Shown here: one piece after another, positions 1 through 8,927 of the stretch
Position numbering within the stretch: position 1 is the first letter of the stretch
How the letters are laid out: each line of letters begins with the position of its first letter
Assembly: GCA_043822345.1 (NCBI GenBank)
Contig: JBDRBW010000022.1
Span: 1 to 35,338 of the forward strand
Reading direction: 5' to 3'
Length of the DNA stretch: 35,338 bases
Origin: Patescibacteria group bacterium
GTDB taxonomy: Bacteria; Patescibacteriota; Minisyncoccia; UBA6257; UBA11618
Position numbers and translations under genes: made by a program
Notes under the pieces: model-generated
Told to the model about the DNA's origin: nothing
Seen by the model: only the letters and a program-made list of their open reading frames with translations
Database searches by the model: none

Positions 1-80
1 TTAGTTTTTGTTGTTTTAGATTTTTTGTAGAGATTGGTTATTTTTTAGGTGAATTAGAAATTAGGTGAATTAGGTGAATT

Positions 81-704
81 TTAAAGTTTACTCTCTTCTA
101 TATGATAGGTCGTCCCTGGACCCATACTGCCGCTTCTATAAACCATCTTCTGATTGATTAATTTCTGTAAGTCATAACGCAAAGTACGCTCGCTAATATC
201 AGGAAACGCCTCCGCCAAATCGCCAATTCGGCACCCGCCGATTTTGCTATATTGCCGAATTTTCTTCAAAACCGCCGATTGGCGCATCAATGCCGCCTCG
301 CTATTATCATACCCATCATTCGGCTCAATCTCGTCAAAATCCCCATTTTTATTGGGTTTTTCCAAATCCGGCAATGAATCCGGCAATCCGGCAATCATAG
401 TCCGGAAATCCGGCAATTCGTCCTTGCCAATCAATTGCCGGATTGCCGCATTAACTGTGGATAACTCCTGAATAACTACAGTGGAGTTTATCGGCTCTAT
501 CTCATAAATTGACTCGCCGAAACGAATTAGGGCCTCAATAACATCAATGGCAGTCAACGCTTTCTCAAAATCATCAGCCGCCGCACCCTCCAAAAGCTCA
601 AAAGCCCAGTATTCCAATCGCTCTTTAAACTCCCGCCGACGGACATAAGCCGCCAAGCGCAGAACCACATAAGACAATCGCCGACTCTTTTGGAGAATGT
701 TCAT
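81..704 (-). CDS. Hypothetical protein: helical N-terminus plus C-terminal winged HTH (DeoR-like)
   Basis: 207 aa ORF. C-terminal IGDLAEAFPDISERTLRYDLQKLINQKMVYRSG matches the DeoR-type wHTH pattern (S-E-R-T-L-R-x-D-L). Confidence 0.7.
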   Translation of the reverse strand: MNILQKSRRLSYVVLRLAAYVRRREFKERLEYWAFELLEGAAADDFEKALTAIDVIEALIRFGESIYEIEPINSTVVIQELSTVNAAIRQLIGKDELPDFRTMIAGLPDSLPDLEKPNKNGDFDEIEPNDGYDNSEAALMRQSAVLKKIRQYSKIGGCRIGDLAEAFPDISERTLRYDLQKLINQKMVYRSGSMGPGTTYHIEESKL

Positions 705-750
705 TATCTGCCAAATTACACTATTAACTATTTTTTAGCAAGAACAGCTT

Positions 751-862
751 GTCATCTCGACCGAAACGAAGTGAAGTGGAGAGATCTCATTGCTTTCAAT
801 AATACCTAATCCATGAGATTTCTCCATTACGGCCGCTTCTAGCGGCCTCCAGTCGAAATGAC
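751..862. repeat. GTCAT/ATGAC REP-like inverted doublet
   Basis: GTCATCTCGACCGAA...GGAGAGATCTCAT (751-790) faces ATGAGATTTCTCC...GTCGAAATGAC (813-862). A degenerate third unit lies at 879-908. Confidence 0.85.
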
Positions 863-912
863 AGATAGAATATAATCTATGAGATTTCTTCACTTTATTC
901 AGAATAACAAAC

Positions 913-1635
913 TCAAAGCGTCCATCTGGAAGTAAGTAGCACCACCGCCAACAAAACCAAAAACACCATCAAATCCTTGATTATCATCTTTTGCCGCAAC
1001 TTCCCCTTAAAATACCCCGCCAGCAAATCAACCATTAATAACGAAACTAAAATCATCAAATTAGCCGAGGCCAAAAACCCAATCGGCAGCCAGCTCACCA
1101 CCCACAACAACTCGGCGGCAATCAAGGTCAAAACACCACCCACCACGCCCACCTTATCATCAGGCGCCCTTACCGTCCGCAATAAATCCCCGAACAACAA
1201 ATAAAAAACGACCAGAAAACCTCCCCATTTCAAAAAAAACAGCGAGGACTTATCTAATAAAAAGAAGTTTAAAAACCCCAGATAAAGCAAAGAAATATCC
1301 AGAAAAGCTCGCCACCCCTTCCGCCTCACCAAAATCAGATTTTTCAACCCCAGAATTACAAAAAACAAAAACGCTAGAAATACTACCGCTATATAGCTAA
1401 AAGTCACCGTCGTCGTCCAAAAAGCCAAAATCAAAAACACCGAAAATGGCCGTAACATCGCTACCGGATTAAAAAACGGCTTAAAATACAACCACATCAC
1501 CCCCACTACCAACGCCGCCGCCGCCGGCAAGCTGTGGCCATAGCCAAACCAAAGCAATAACAAGCCGAAAATCGCCGCCTTAAACGCTAACTGTGATATT
1601 TGATTTTTCCAAACCGACTTTAACTTTGCTACCAT
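913..1635 (-). CDS. Multi-pass membrane protein, unknown function
   Basis: 240 aa with about 8 hydrophobic segments. The 5' end overlaps the 3' end of clpB by 56 nt, so the start is uncertain. Confidence 0.7.
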   Translation of the reverse strand: MVAKLKSVWKNQISQLAFKAAIFGLLLLWFGYGHSLPAAAALVVGVMWLYFKPFFNPVAMLRPFSVFLILAFWTTTVTFSYIAVVFLAFLFFVILGLKNLILVRRKGWRAFLDISLLYLGFLNFFLLDKSSLFFLKWGGFLVVFYLLFGDLLRTVRAPDDKVGVVGGVLTLIAAELLWVVSWLPIGFLASANLMILVSLLMVDLLAGYFKGKLRQKMIIKDLMVFLVLLAVVLLTSRWTL

Positions 1636-4267
1636 TTTTAATTTGTCCTCTGATTATTTTATCGGCCAACTGGTCTAAAATAACCCGCTGAATCAGCCGT
1701 TTAATCGGCCGCACGCCGTAGTCGGGATCAAAACCATTTTCCACAATATATTTCTTCGCCGCGCTGTTAATAGTAACCTTAATATCCTTCTCCGCCAGCT
1801 TCTGCTTAGTCCTCTCTAGTTGAATATCAACAATCTTCCCGATATCTTTCTTGCGCAAAGAATTAAAGATAATAATATCATCCAACCGATTCAAGAACTC
1901 GGGGCGAAACCTTTCCTTCAACGACTGATGAACCCGCTCCCGAAACTGCTCCTCCTGTTCCCGCTGGCTCTCTTCTTCGCCGTTAGCCAAACCAAAGCCC
2001 AAGCTAGCCATCTCCTTAAAGTAACGACTGCCAACATTGGAGGTTAGAATAATAATAGAATTCTTGAAATTAGCCACCTTGCCCTTACTATCGGTTAAAC
2101 GGCCGTTATCCAGCATCTGTAATAGGATATTAAATACCTCGGGATGCGCCTTCTCCACTTCGTCAAATAAGATTAAGCTGTAAGGCCGATGGCGGACAAT
2201 CTCGGTCAACTGGCCGCCTTCCTCAAAACCAACATAACCGGGCGGCGAACCCACCAAGCGGGAAACGGAATGGCGTTCCATATATTCCGACATATCAATC
2301 CGCACCAGCGCTTTTTCGTCATTAAACATAAACTCCGCCAAGGTCTTGGCTAACTCGGTTTTGCCCACGCCCGTCGGCCCCAAAAACATAAACGAGCCCA
2401 GCGGCTGGTCGTCATCGGATAGGCCGGCGCGGCTGCGCCGCAAGGCGTTGGCGATAACGCCAATCGCCTCTTTTTGACCGACCACCCGCTTTGCCAGCAC
2501 CTCCTCAATACGGGTCAATTTCTCCGCCTCTGTCTCCAGCATCTTAGTAATCGGAATACCGGTCCAATGCGAAACCACCGAGGCCACATCCTCCTCGTCC
2601 ACCACTTCTTTGATAAACTTTTTTCTCTTGCCACTCGTCATCCCGACTCCCTCTGTCATCCCGGGCTTGACCCGGGATCCACTACCTTTCTCTCCCCCAA
2701 AATACTTCTTCTCAAACGCCTGATACTCATTCTCCGCCACCGGCAATTGCCCATAAATCAGCTGGGAAACCTTCTCCAAATCACCCTCCCGCTCGGCAAT
2801 CTCCGCTTCTCTTTTTAAATCATCAATCTTGCGCCGCAAATTATGCAGATTATCAAAGGCGATTTTCTCCGCATGCCATTGGGCGGAAATCTCGTCATTT
2901 TTACTCTTCAGCTCTCCCAGTTGTTTATTTAATTCATCTAAACGATTAACTTTTCCGTGTCCTTCCTTCATCAACGCCGACCGCTCAATCTCCAGCCGCA
3001 TAATCTCTTTTCTTATTTTTTCTATCTCTTGAGGGGTGGTCTCGGTCTCCAGACGCCGCGCCGCCGCCGCCTCATCCATCAAATCCACCGCTTTATCGGG
3101 CAAAAAACGGTCAGTGATATAACGCGCCGACAGATTAACCGCCGCCACTAGCGCCTCATCGCTAATCCGTAGACCATGATGAATCTCATACTTTTCCTTT
3201 AAGCCGCGCAAAATCGCCATCGTATCCTCCAACGACGGCTCATCTACCACAATCGGCTGAAAGCGACGTTCCAAGGCGGCGTCCTTTTCTATATACCGCT
3301 GATATTCCTTAAGTGTAGTAGCGCCAATGGCGTGCAGTTCGCCGCGCGCCAACGAGGGCTTAAGCAAATTAGAAGCATCAATCGCCCCCTCAGCCGCGCC
3401 TGCGCCCACTAGGGTGTGTAATTCGTCAATAAATAAAATAATCTTCCCCGCCGAGTTTTTCACCTCATTAATAAACGCCTTCAACCGATCTTCAAACTCG
3501 CCGCGAAATTTAGTGCCAGCAATTAGTGAACCAATATCCAACATTACCAACTCTCTGTCTTTTAATGTTTCCGGCACGTCGCCAGCCACAATCTTCTGCG
3601 CCAAGCCCTCGGCAATCGCCGTCTTACCAACGCCCGGCTCGCCAATCAACACCGGATTGTTTTTCGTCCGCCGCGAAAGTACCTGTATTACACGGCGCAA
3701 CTCTTCCTCTCTACCAATAACCGGATCCAACTTACTATCCCGCGCCTGCTGAGTAAGATTAACGGCATATTTATCCAGCACCTGCATTTTACTCTCCGGC
3801 ATCTCGTCGGTTACCCGCATTGAACCCCGCAGGTGCGCCAATGTCCGCAATAAATTCTCTCGACGTATGCCAAATTTCGCCAACAAAGCTTGGGCTTCTG
3901 ATTGAATATCAACCATTGCCAACAATAAATGCTCACAGGAAATGAATTCGTCATGCTGAGCTAAGGCAATTTTTGCCGCCCGATCCAACAACATCACAAT
4001 TTCTTGTGAAAGATAAAGCTGACCAATCGCCGAGTTGGCAAAAATCTTTGGTAACCGCTCCAGTTCCAATTGCAATTCTTGGCGCAAATTATCCAAATTA
4101 ACGCCCGACTTGGCCAGCATCGGCTGGACTAGTGATTGGCCATCGCCCAATAAACTATGCAATAAATGAAGCGCCTTAAACTCGCCGTGATGGCGTTGCG
4201 CCGCCAAATCCTGCGCGCTCTGCAAGGCCTCTTGAGCTTTCATTGTAAAACGATGAAAGTTATTCAT
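1580..4267 (-). CDS. clpB: ATP-dependent chaperone ClpB
   Basis: Clp N-domain, NBD1 [13 protein letters not shown], coiled-coil M domain, NBD2 [19 protein letters not shown] and [10 protein letters not shown]. Confidence 0.95.
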   Translation of the reverse strand: MNNFHRFTMKAQEALQSAQDLAAQRHHGEFKALHLLHSLLGDGQSLVQPMLAKSGVNLDNLRQELQLELERLPKIFANSAIGQLYLSQEIVMLLDRAAKIALAQHDEFISCEHLLLAMVDIQSEAQALLAKFGIRRENLLRTLAHLRGSMRVTDEMPESKMQVLDKYAVNLTQQARDSKLDPVIGREEELRRVIQVLSRRTKNNPVLIGEPGVGKTAIAEGLAQKIVAGDVPETLKDRELVMLDIGSLIAGTKFRGEFEDRLKAFINEVKNSAGKIILFIDELHTLVGAGAAEGAIDASNLLKPSLARGELHAIGATTLKEYQRYIEKDAALERRFQPIVVDEPSLEDTMAILRGLKEKYEIHHGLRISDEALVAAVNLSARYITDRFLPDKAVDLMDEAAAARRLETETTPQEIEKIRKEIMRLEIERSALMKEGHGKVNRLDELNKQLGELKSKNDEISAQWHAEKIAFDNLHNLRRKIDDLKREAEIAEREGDLEKVSQLIYGQLPVAENEYQAFEKKYFGGEKGSGSRVKPGMTEGVGMTSGKRKKFIKEVVDEEDVASVVSHWTGIPITKMLETEAEKLTRIEEVLAKRVVGQKEAIGVIANALRRSRAGLSDDDQPLGSFMFLGPTGVGKTELAKTLAEFMFNDEKALVRIDMSEYMERHSVSRLVGSPPGYVGFEEGGQLTEIVRHRPYSLILFDEVEKAHPEVFNILLQMLDNGRLTDSKGKVANFKNSIIILTSNVGSRYFKEMASLGFGLANGEEESQREQEEQFRERVHQSLKERFRPEFLNRLDDIIIFNSLRKKDIGKIVDIQLERTKQKLAEKDIKVTINSAAKKYIVENGFDPDYGVRPIKRLIQRVILDQLADKIIRGQIKNGSKVKVGLEKSNITVSV
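2636..2681. repeat. REP-like palindrome inserted in-frame in clpB
   Basis: Partial CGTCATCCCGAC plus GTCATCCCGGGCTTGACCCGGGATCCA. Translated as [15 protein letters not shown] after the M domain. Confidence 0.85.
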
Positions 4268-4273
4268 AATCGT

Positions 4274-4300
4274 GTCATCCCGGACTCGATCCGGGATCTA
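4274..4300. repeat. REP-like palindrome just upstream of the clpB start
   Basis: GTCATCCCGGACTCGATCCGGGATCTA, same subtype as 2655-2681 and 17276-17302. Confidence 0.85.
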
Positions 4301-4353
4301 TATAAGTCCTATGTTACTGAAAAATAGAGAAAGTGTCAAATATTTCTCAAATT

Positions 4354-4460
4354 CCAGTGATCAGTTACCAGTGACCAGTCAAATTCCAATTATTAAAATT
4401 CCATTGGTCACTTATTCCATTGGTCACTGATTGGTCACTGAAAAATGGCCACTGGTCACT
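4354..4460. repeat. Short-unit (CAGTGAC/GTCACTG) inverted repeat array
   Basis: CCAGTGATCAGTTACCAGTGACCAGTC faces several TTGGTCACT/CTGGTCACT units and abuts the iscS stop. Confidence 0.75.
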
Positions 4461-4461
4461 C

Positions 4462-5976
4462 TTAGTTAAACCTATTCCTCAAAACTTCCAAAACATAATC
4501 AATCTCTTCTTGGGTAGTAAATTTCCCCAACGAAAAACGGATACTACTCGTCGGCCGATCGTCTCCCCCTGTGTTGCTCGTCATTCTGAGCTTTCGCGAA
4601 GAATCTTTCGCTTGTCGAAGGGCTTCAATTACATGCGACGGCTGGGCCGCCCGCGCCGAACAGGCCGAGACCGTGGAAGCCGCCACCCCCGCCAAATCCA
4701 GTTCAATTATCAAATCCTGCGCCGGCCTCCCCGGAAAATAGATATTCAAATTATTAGGGACCCGTCTCATGTTCGTCATCTCGAGCTTGTCGAGAGATCT
4801 CATCCGCGCCCCTTTCTCATTAAACCAACCATTCACTTCTATATCAGGCACAATTTTCTTCAACTCCTGCCAAAAATAATCCCGTAAACCGCCAATTCTC
4901 TTTACTTCTTCAGTTCGCGCCGCCTCCGCCAGCTCTACCGCCTTACCAAAGCCAACCACCCCTGCCACATTCTCCGTCCCCGCCCGCAGGCCCCACTCCT
5001 GACCACCGCCGGTAATAATAGGATTTAAGATTTTTTTCGGATTTCGCGCGAATAGTGCCCCAACTCCCTTCGGCCCATAAATTTTGTGCGCCGACAAAGT
5101 CATCAAATCAACCCCCAACTCCTCCACATCGCACTTTAGAAATTGGAACGCTTGAACAGCGTCTGTGTGGAAAAGAGGATACATAACGCCGTCATCTCGA
5201 GCCTGTCGCCCGCCCGCCTCGCTATGCAAGGCATTGCGGGCAGGAGAGATCTCAATGATTTGTTTTTTGGACGATGATGAGATTTCTCCACTCCTCCGCC
5301 AGCTGGCGGATTCGGTCGAAATGACACTCTTCTTTTTTACTATTCCATCTCTAAACTCTCCAATCATCCTCCCAATCTCCGCAATCGGCTGTACCACCCC
5401 AATCTCCGAATTCACCATTCCAATAGAAACCAACACTGTCCGCTCATTCAACTCCTCCTTCAACTTCTTCAAACCCACCAACCCTCCTCTGTCCACCGGC
5501 AAATAAACCACCTCCACCCCCCAATTCTCCTCCAAATCCTTACAGGTCGCCAAAACCGAAGAGTGTTCAATCTTAGATGTAATTAAGCGTAGAGGCGCAT
5601 TCGCATGCTGTTTTTCAGAATGTCTCGGAGGCGAGTTTGCTTGGTCCCGCTCCGCGGGAAACTCGCCGAGAGCCAAGCGGCTGGTTTTCGCTGGAAAAAC
5701 CAGACCGCGGTTCTGAAAAATAGCTGCGAATGCGCCTCGGAGCGCCAAATTATTTGCCTCACTCGCCGACCCGGTAAAAATCACCTCATTATATTTGCAA
5801 CCCAACGCCCGCGCTATCTGCTCATGCGCCGTAAACACCGCCCGCGACGCTTCCTGTCCAAAAGAGTGCACCGACCCCGGATTGCCAAAAATTTCACCAC
5901 AATAAGACCGCATCGCCTTTTCCACTTCCTTATCCATCGGCGTTGTCGCCGCATAATCCAAGTAGACACGTTTCAT
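4462..5976 (-). CDS. iscS: Cysteine desulfurase (IscS/NifS family) with four in-frame repeat insertions
   Basis: YLDYAATTP, GNPGSVH, HTDAVQ, SAHKIYGPKG (PLP lysine), RAGTEN and SACS. It is 504 aa versus roughly 380-400 aa typical for the family. Confidence 0.9.
   Translation of the reverse strand: MKRVYLDYAATTPMDKEVEKAMRSYCGEIFGNPGSVHSFGQEASRAVFTAHEQIARALGCKYNEVIFTGSASEANNLALRGAFAAIFQNRGLVFPAKTSRLALGEFPAERDQANSPPRHSEKQHANAPLRLITSKIEHSSVLATCKDLEENWGVEVVYLPVDRGGLVGLKKLKEELNERTVLVSIGMVNSEIGVVQPIAEIGRMIGEFRDGIVKKKSVISTESASWRRSGEISSSSKKQIIEISPARNALHSEAGGRQARDDGVMYPLFHTDAVQAFQFLKCDVEELGVDLMTLSAHKIYGPKGVGALFARNPKKILNPIITGGGQEWGLRAGTENVAGVVGFGKAVELAEAARTEEVKRIGGLRDYFWQELKKIVPDIEVNGWFNEKGARMRSLDKLEMTNMRRVPNNLNIYFPGRPAQDLIIELDLAGVAASTVSACSARAAQPSHVIEALRQAKDSSRKLRMTSNTGGDDRPTSSIRFSLGKFTTQEEIDYVLEVLRNRFN
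4579..4606. repeat. REP-like unit in-frame in iscS
   Basis: CGTCATTCTGAGCTTTCGCGAAGAATCT, translated as DSSRKLRMT. Confidence 0.8.
4774..4803. repeat. REP-like unit in-frame in iscS
   Basis: CGTCATCTCGAGCTTGTCGAGAGATCTCAT, translated as MRSLDKLEMT. Confidence 0.85.
5191..5325. repeat. REP-like doublet (135 bp) in-frame in iscS, with nested palindromes
   Basis: GTCATCTCGA...GTCGAAATGAC. Contains a nested 36 bp unit at 5209-5244 and the perfect palindrome TCCGCCAGCTGGCGGA at 5295-5310. Confidence 0.85.
5592..5738. repeat. Structured multi-stem element, copy A (in-frame in iscS)
   Basis: Arms GAGGCGCATTCGCA...TGCGAATGCGCCTC. Core nearly identical to 30727-30825. Length 147 bp. Confidence 0.85.
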
Positions 5977-6001
5977 ACTTTAAGTATAGAGTATAAAGTA
6001 T

Positions 6002-6697
6002 ATGGCGAAAACAGACAAATGTTTTTATTTATCAAAAATTGATGAGCGCGGCAAATTAAAAATCTGGCTGGTTGACGGCAGTTATATCCGCGGCCACTTA
6101 GACGAAGAATTTACCAACTTCGGCCAGCACTATCGCTATTCCTATATTCCCATCAATGAATTATGGGTTGACCAAGAGGCCGAACACGATGAACACAATT
6201 TTTTCATTGACCATCTTTTAATAGAATATCAATTGATGAAAAAAGGCGCTTCCTACGATGACGCCCTAGTAGCGGCCGACAAGGCCGAACAACGAGAACG
6301 GCGCCGCGCCGGCGATGTTAAAAAACTAACTCATAATGGCCAAAAATTGCCCGATGGAAAAGAGGTTCACGAAGAATTATGGAAAACACTAGAGAATGGT
6401 ATTCAAGTGTGGGTTGTTAACGGCCGATTGGTACGCAGTGTTTTTGACATTGATTTTACCGCCGGCGGCCATGATCATGTTTATGAATTCGTCCCCAAAA
6501 ACGAGGTGTGGATTGATGACGCGATTATTAAACCGGAACGCGGCTATGTCCTCCTCCACGAACTGCACGAACGCAACCAGATGGCTAAAGGGTTGCGTTA
6601 TAGTAAAGCCCACGCCGAATCCAGCCGTTTGGAATTCCATTGCCGCCACCATCCCGACGAACTCCACGACGCCCTCGCTAAAGAAGGCTGGGCATAA
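6002..6697 (+). CDS. Hypothetical protein with two tandem homologous domains, putative metal-binding HExxE motif
   Basis: 231 aa. IWLVDGSYIR...ELWVD...HLLIE aligns with VWVVNGRLVR...EVWID...HELHE. Confidence 0.8.
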   Translation: MAKTDKCFYLSKIDERGKLKIWLVDGSYIRGHLDEEFTNFGQHYRYSYIPINELWVDQEAEHDEHNFFIDHLLIEYQLMKKGASYDDALVAADKAEQRERRRAGDVKKLTHNGQKLPDGKEVHEELWKTLENGIQVWVVNGRLVRSVFDIDFTAGGHDHVYEFVPKNEVWIDDAIIKPERGYVLLHELHERNQMAKGLRYSKAHAESSRLEFHCRHHPDELHDALAKEGWA

Positions 6698-6722
6698 CAC
6701 TAGAAGCTAGAGGCTAATAAAA

Positions 6723-6746
6723 AACCCCAGATGTTATCTGGGGGTT
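6723..6746. terminator. Putative intrinsic terminator between convergent genes
   Basis: Hairpin CCCCAGAT-GTT-ATCTGGGG with an upstream A-tract (a U-tract on the - strand). Confidence 0.6.
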
Positions 6747-6778
6747 GTCAGCTCTTAAGCGGCTGACTTACTATTCTG

Positions 6779-7573
6779 CTACCGCACCGTTGGGCAGGGG
6801 GCGCCGCCACAGGGACCGCTAGGCGGTTGAGGCGGCCTTCCAATTATCGTGTTGTGATAATGGGAACGCGGTTGACCAGGGCTTCGATAACCCGGTCCCG
6901 GCGGACGCGGCATCACTGGTCGTGGCGGCGGCTGTCGCAATCTGATTGAATAATCATATCGCGGCTGCGGTAAACTGATATACCCACCACCCCAAGTTTG
7001 GGGCTGGTAAGTATAGCCGCCACCGTAACCACCATAGTACGAACCACAACCTTCTTGCTGACGAAACTGAAATGTCGGCGGCGCGCAGTAACGTTGCCGC
7101 TGTGGCGCCGGCTCATAGCAACGTTGTTGCTGTGGCGCTGGCGCGCATGACGACTCGCACCGCACATCAACCCGAGGACATCCAACCCGACACTGCGCGC
7201 AACAGCAAGAAACATGGCGCCGACAACGGCACATGGACCGCAACGACTTTTTCATGCTGTAATACCACTTGCGCAACGCCTTCTTCATGTCACGTTTTTC
7301 TTGATGGCAACTGCGCATAGTACAACACATGCATTGCCCACAAGAAGAGTGACTCTCCGTATAAACAGCGGTGTCCATTGGTTGCTGTACCGACGGCTGT
7401 TCAGGAACCGGCTGAAGTTGCGGGATCTGCTTCTGCTCCCCCACCTGTTCAGACGGCGGCGGCGGCGCCTCTTCAGCTTTCGCCATCCTTTCGTTATTGA
7501 GGTAGAACACTACTGCGCCAACCACAATCGCTAATGCCACCAAAAACGCCCATTTCAAAATATCGCTCCTCAT
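6779..7573 (-). CDS. Membrane-anchored Pro/Gln/Cys/Gly-rich orphan protein
   Basis: 264 aa with an N-terminal TM helix. AAGGAAGG lies upstream, with a strong promoter at 7709-7737. Confidence 0.65.
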   Translation of the reverse strand: MRSDILKWAFLVALAIVVGAVVFYLNNERMAKAEEAPPPPSEQVGEQKQIPQLQPVPEQPSVQQPMDTAVYTESHSSCGQCMCCTMRSCHQEKRDMKKALRKWYYSMKKSLRSMCRCRRHVSCCCAQCRVGCPRVDVRCESSCAPAPQQQRCYEPAPQRQRYCAPPTFQFRQQEGCGSYYGGYGGGYTYQPQTWGGGYISLPQPRYDYSIRLRQPPPRPVMPRPPGPGYRSPGQPRSHYHNTIIGRPPQPPSGPCGGAPCPTVR

Positions 7574-7593
7574 TCTACCCTTCCTTTCTTTTT

Positions 7594-7685
7594 GTCATCT
7601 CGACCGTGGTGGAGAGATCTCATAAACTTTGCAACGCACAAAGCACTGAGATTTCTCGACTTCGTTTCACTTCGCTCGAAATGAC
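7594..7685. repeat. REP-like inverted doublet in a predicted 5' UTR
   Basis: GTCATCTCGACCGTGGTGGAGAGATCTCAT ... TGAGATTTCTCGACTTCG...CTCGAAATGAC. Confidence 0.85.
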
Positions 7686-7708
7686 TAGTTGTCAAACTTT
7701 CTGCGTAC

Positions 7709-7737
7709 ATTATAGCAAATTCCTTGACAAAAGTCAA
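7709..7737 (-). promoter_or_regulatory. Sigma70-type promoter
   Basis: TTGACT-17 nt-TATAAT with an extended TG, on the - strand. Confidence 0.65.
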
Positions 7738-7785
7738 TAGCTGGACACTAATACTTAAATATAGTATTCTAAATCATACATTTAT

Positions 7786-8295
7786 ATGGATAATCTACTA
7801 TTCAAAACACCCGCTGGTATTCAGTTATCGCCTGAACAGGTGGTTACCGAAATCATCCAGTTTATGCAGGCCGATACCAAACGACCCTACAAAATCATCA
7901 TCGGCACCGATTCTGAAGAAATAGGCAACCTCAGCGCCGACTTTGTAACCGCCATCGTTGTCCACCGCATCGGCAATGGCGGCCGTTATTTTTGGCGCCG
8001 CGCCATCATCGGCAAAATGCATACCTTAAGAAACCGCATCTGGCAGGAAGTGCTTACCTCTCTTGATGTCGCCAAGGACTTTCTGGGCGTTGCTAAGCAA
8101 TTTAACCTACCTCACTTTGACTTTGAAATTCACATTGACGTCGGCGAAAACGGCAAAACTCGCGACATGATTCAGGAATTAGTCGGCGTCATCCGCGCCA
8201 ACAACTTTGAAGCCCGCACCAAGCCCTACAGCTACGCCGCTAGCTCTGTCGCCGATAGGCACAATAATAAACATTCGATACCGTCGTCATCCTGA
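7786..8295 (+). CDS. RNase H-like YkuK family protein
   Basis: IIIGTDS, TAIVVHRIGNGGRYF, EIHIDVGENGKT and KPYSYAASSVADRH. The TGA stop lies inside a REP unit. Confidence 0.85.
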   Translation: MDNLLFKTPAGIQLSPEQVVTEIIQFMQADTKRPYKIIIGTDSEEIGNLSADFVTAIVVHRIGNGGRYFWRRAIIGKMHTLRNRIWQEVLTSLDVAKDFLGVAKQFNLPHFDFEIHIDVGENGKTRDMIQELVGVIRANNFEARTKPYSYAASSVADRHNNKHSIPSSS

Positions 8296-8342
8296 GTGTT
8301 AACGAAGGATCTTTAAAGATTCTTCGCCTCGCTCAGAATGAC
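8285..8342. repeat. REP-like inverted doublet
   Basis: CGTCATCCTGAG...GAAGGATCT-TTAA-AGATTCTTCG...CTCAGAATGAC. Confidence 0.85.
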
Positions 8343-8351
8343 AGTAAACTT

Positions 8352-8918
8352 ATGAAAGATAAGCTCGTCATAGACATTGAGACAAAAAATACCTTCGCCG
8401 ACGTCGGTGGTCACCAAAACGTTGAGCGACTGGAGATTTCTTATATCGGCGCCTATTCCTACAACCAAGACAAATACTTCGGCTTTCACGAACACGAACT
8501 GGACAAGTTCGCGCCTATTTTGCAAAACGCCAGTTTAGTCATTGGCTTTGCCACCAAACGCTTTGACCTGCCGGTAATGAAAAAATATTACAACTTCAAT
8601 ATTATGGCGCTTCCCCAACTCGACCTACTGGAGGAAGTAGAAATCGCCCACGGCCAGCGCGTCAGCTTGGACATTCTTGCCCAAGCCAACTTAAGCGAAA
8701 GCAAAACCGGCCACGGACTTGACGCTATCAAGTATTACCAGCAAGGCAACCTCAAAGCGCTTGAAGATTACTGCCTCCAAGATGTTAAAGTTACCAAAAT
8801 GCTCTATGACCACATTAAAGAAAAGGGGCATGTTATCATCCCCCAAAAATTTTCCGGCGAACCCGTCAAGGTCTCCATTAACATCCAAGAGATGGATATG
8901 CCCGCCACTTTGTTTTAG
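8352..8918 (+). CDS. RNase H-like/DEDD 3'-5' exonuclease domain protein (YprB-like)
   Basis: VIDIET, GFATKRFD, SLDILAQANL and YCLQDV motifs. Confidence 0.8.
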   Translation: MKDKLVIDIETKNTFADVGGHQNVERLEISYIGAYSYNQDKYFGFHEHELDKFAPILQNASLVIGFATKRFDLPVMKKYYNFNIMALPQLDLLEEVEIAHGQRVSLDILAQANLSESKTGHGLDAIKYYQQGNLKALEDYCLQDVKVTKMLYDHIKEKGHVIIPQKFSGEPVKVSINIQEMDMPATLF

Positions 8919-8927
8919 AATTAAATA

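Noticed and set aside
45-80. TTAGGTGAA x3 short repeat at the window start
   Set aside because: Real but short and at the window edge, so no function or family can be supported.
4462-5976. Inteins or self-splicing introns as the source of extra IscS, FolD or GpmI length
   Set aside because: The inserts are 10-49 codons, lack intein C/S...HN ends and group I/II cores, and match intergenic repeats.
4420-6042. Plus-strand ORFs opposite iscS, and other antisense ORFs over clpB, ftsK, recA, the ATPase, rny and gpmI
   Set aside because: Shadow ORFs of well-supported genes, with no motifs.
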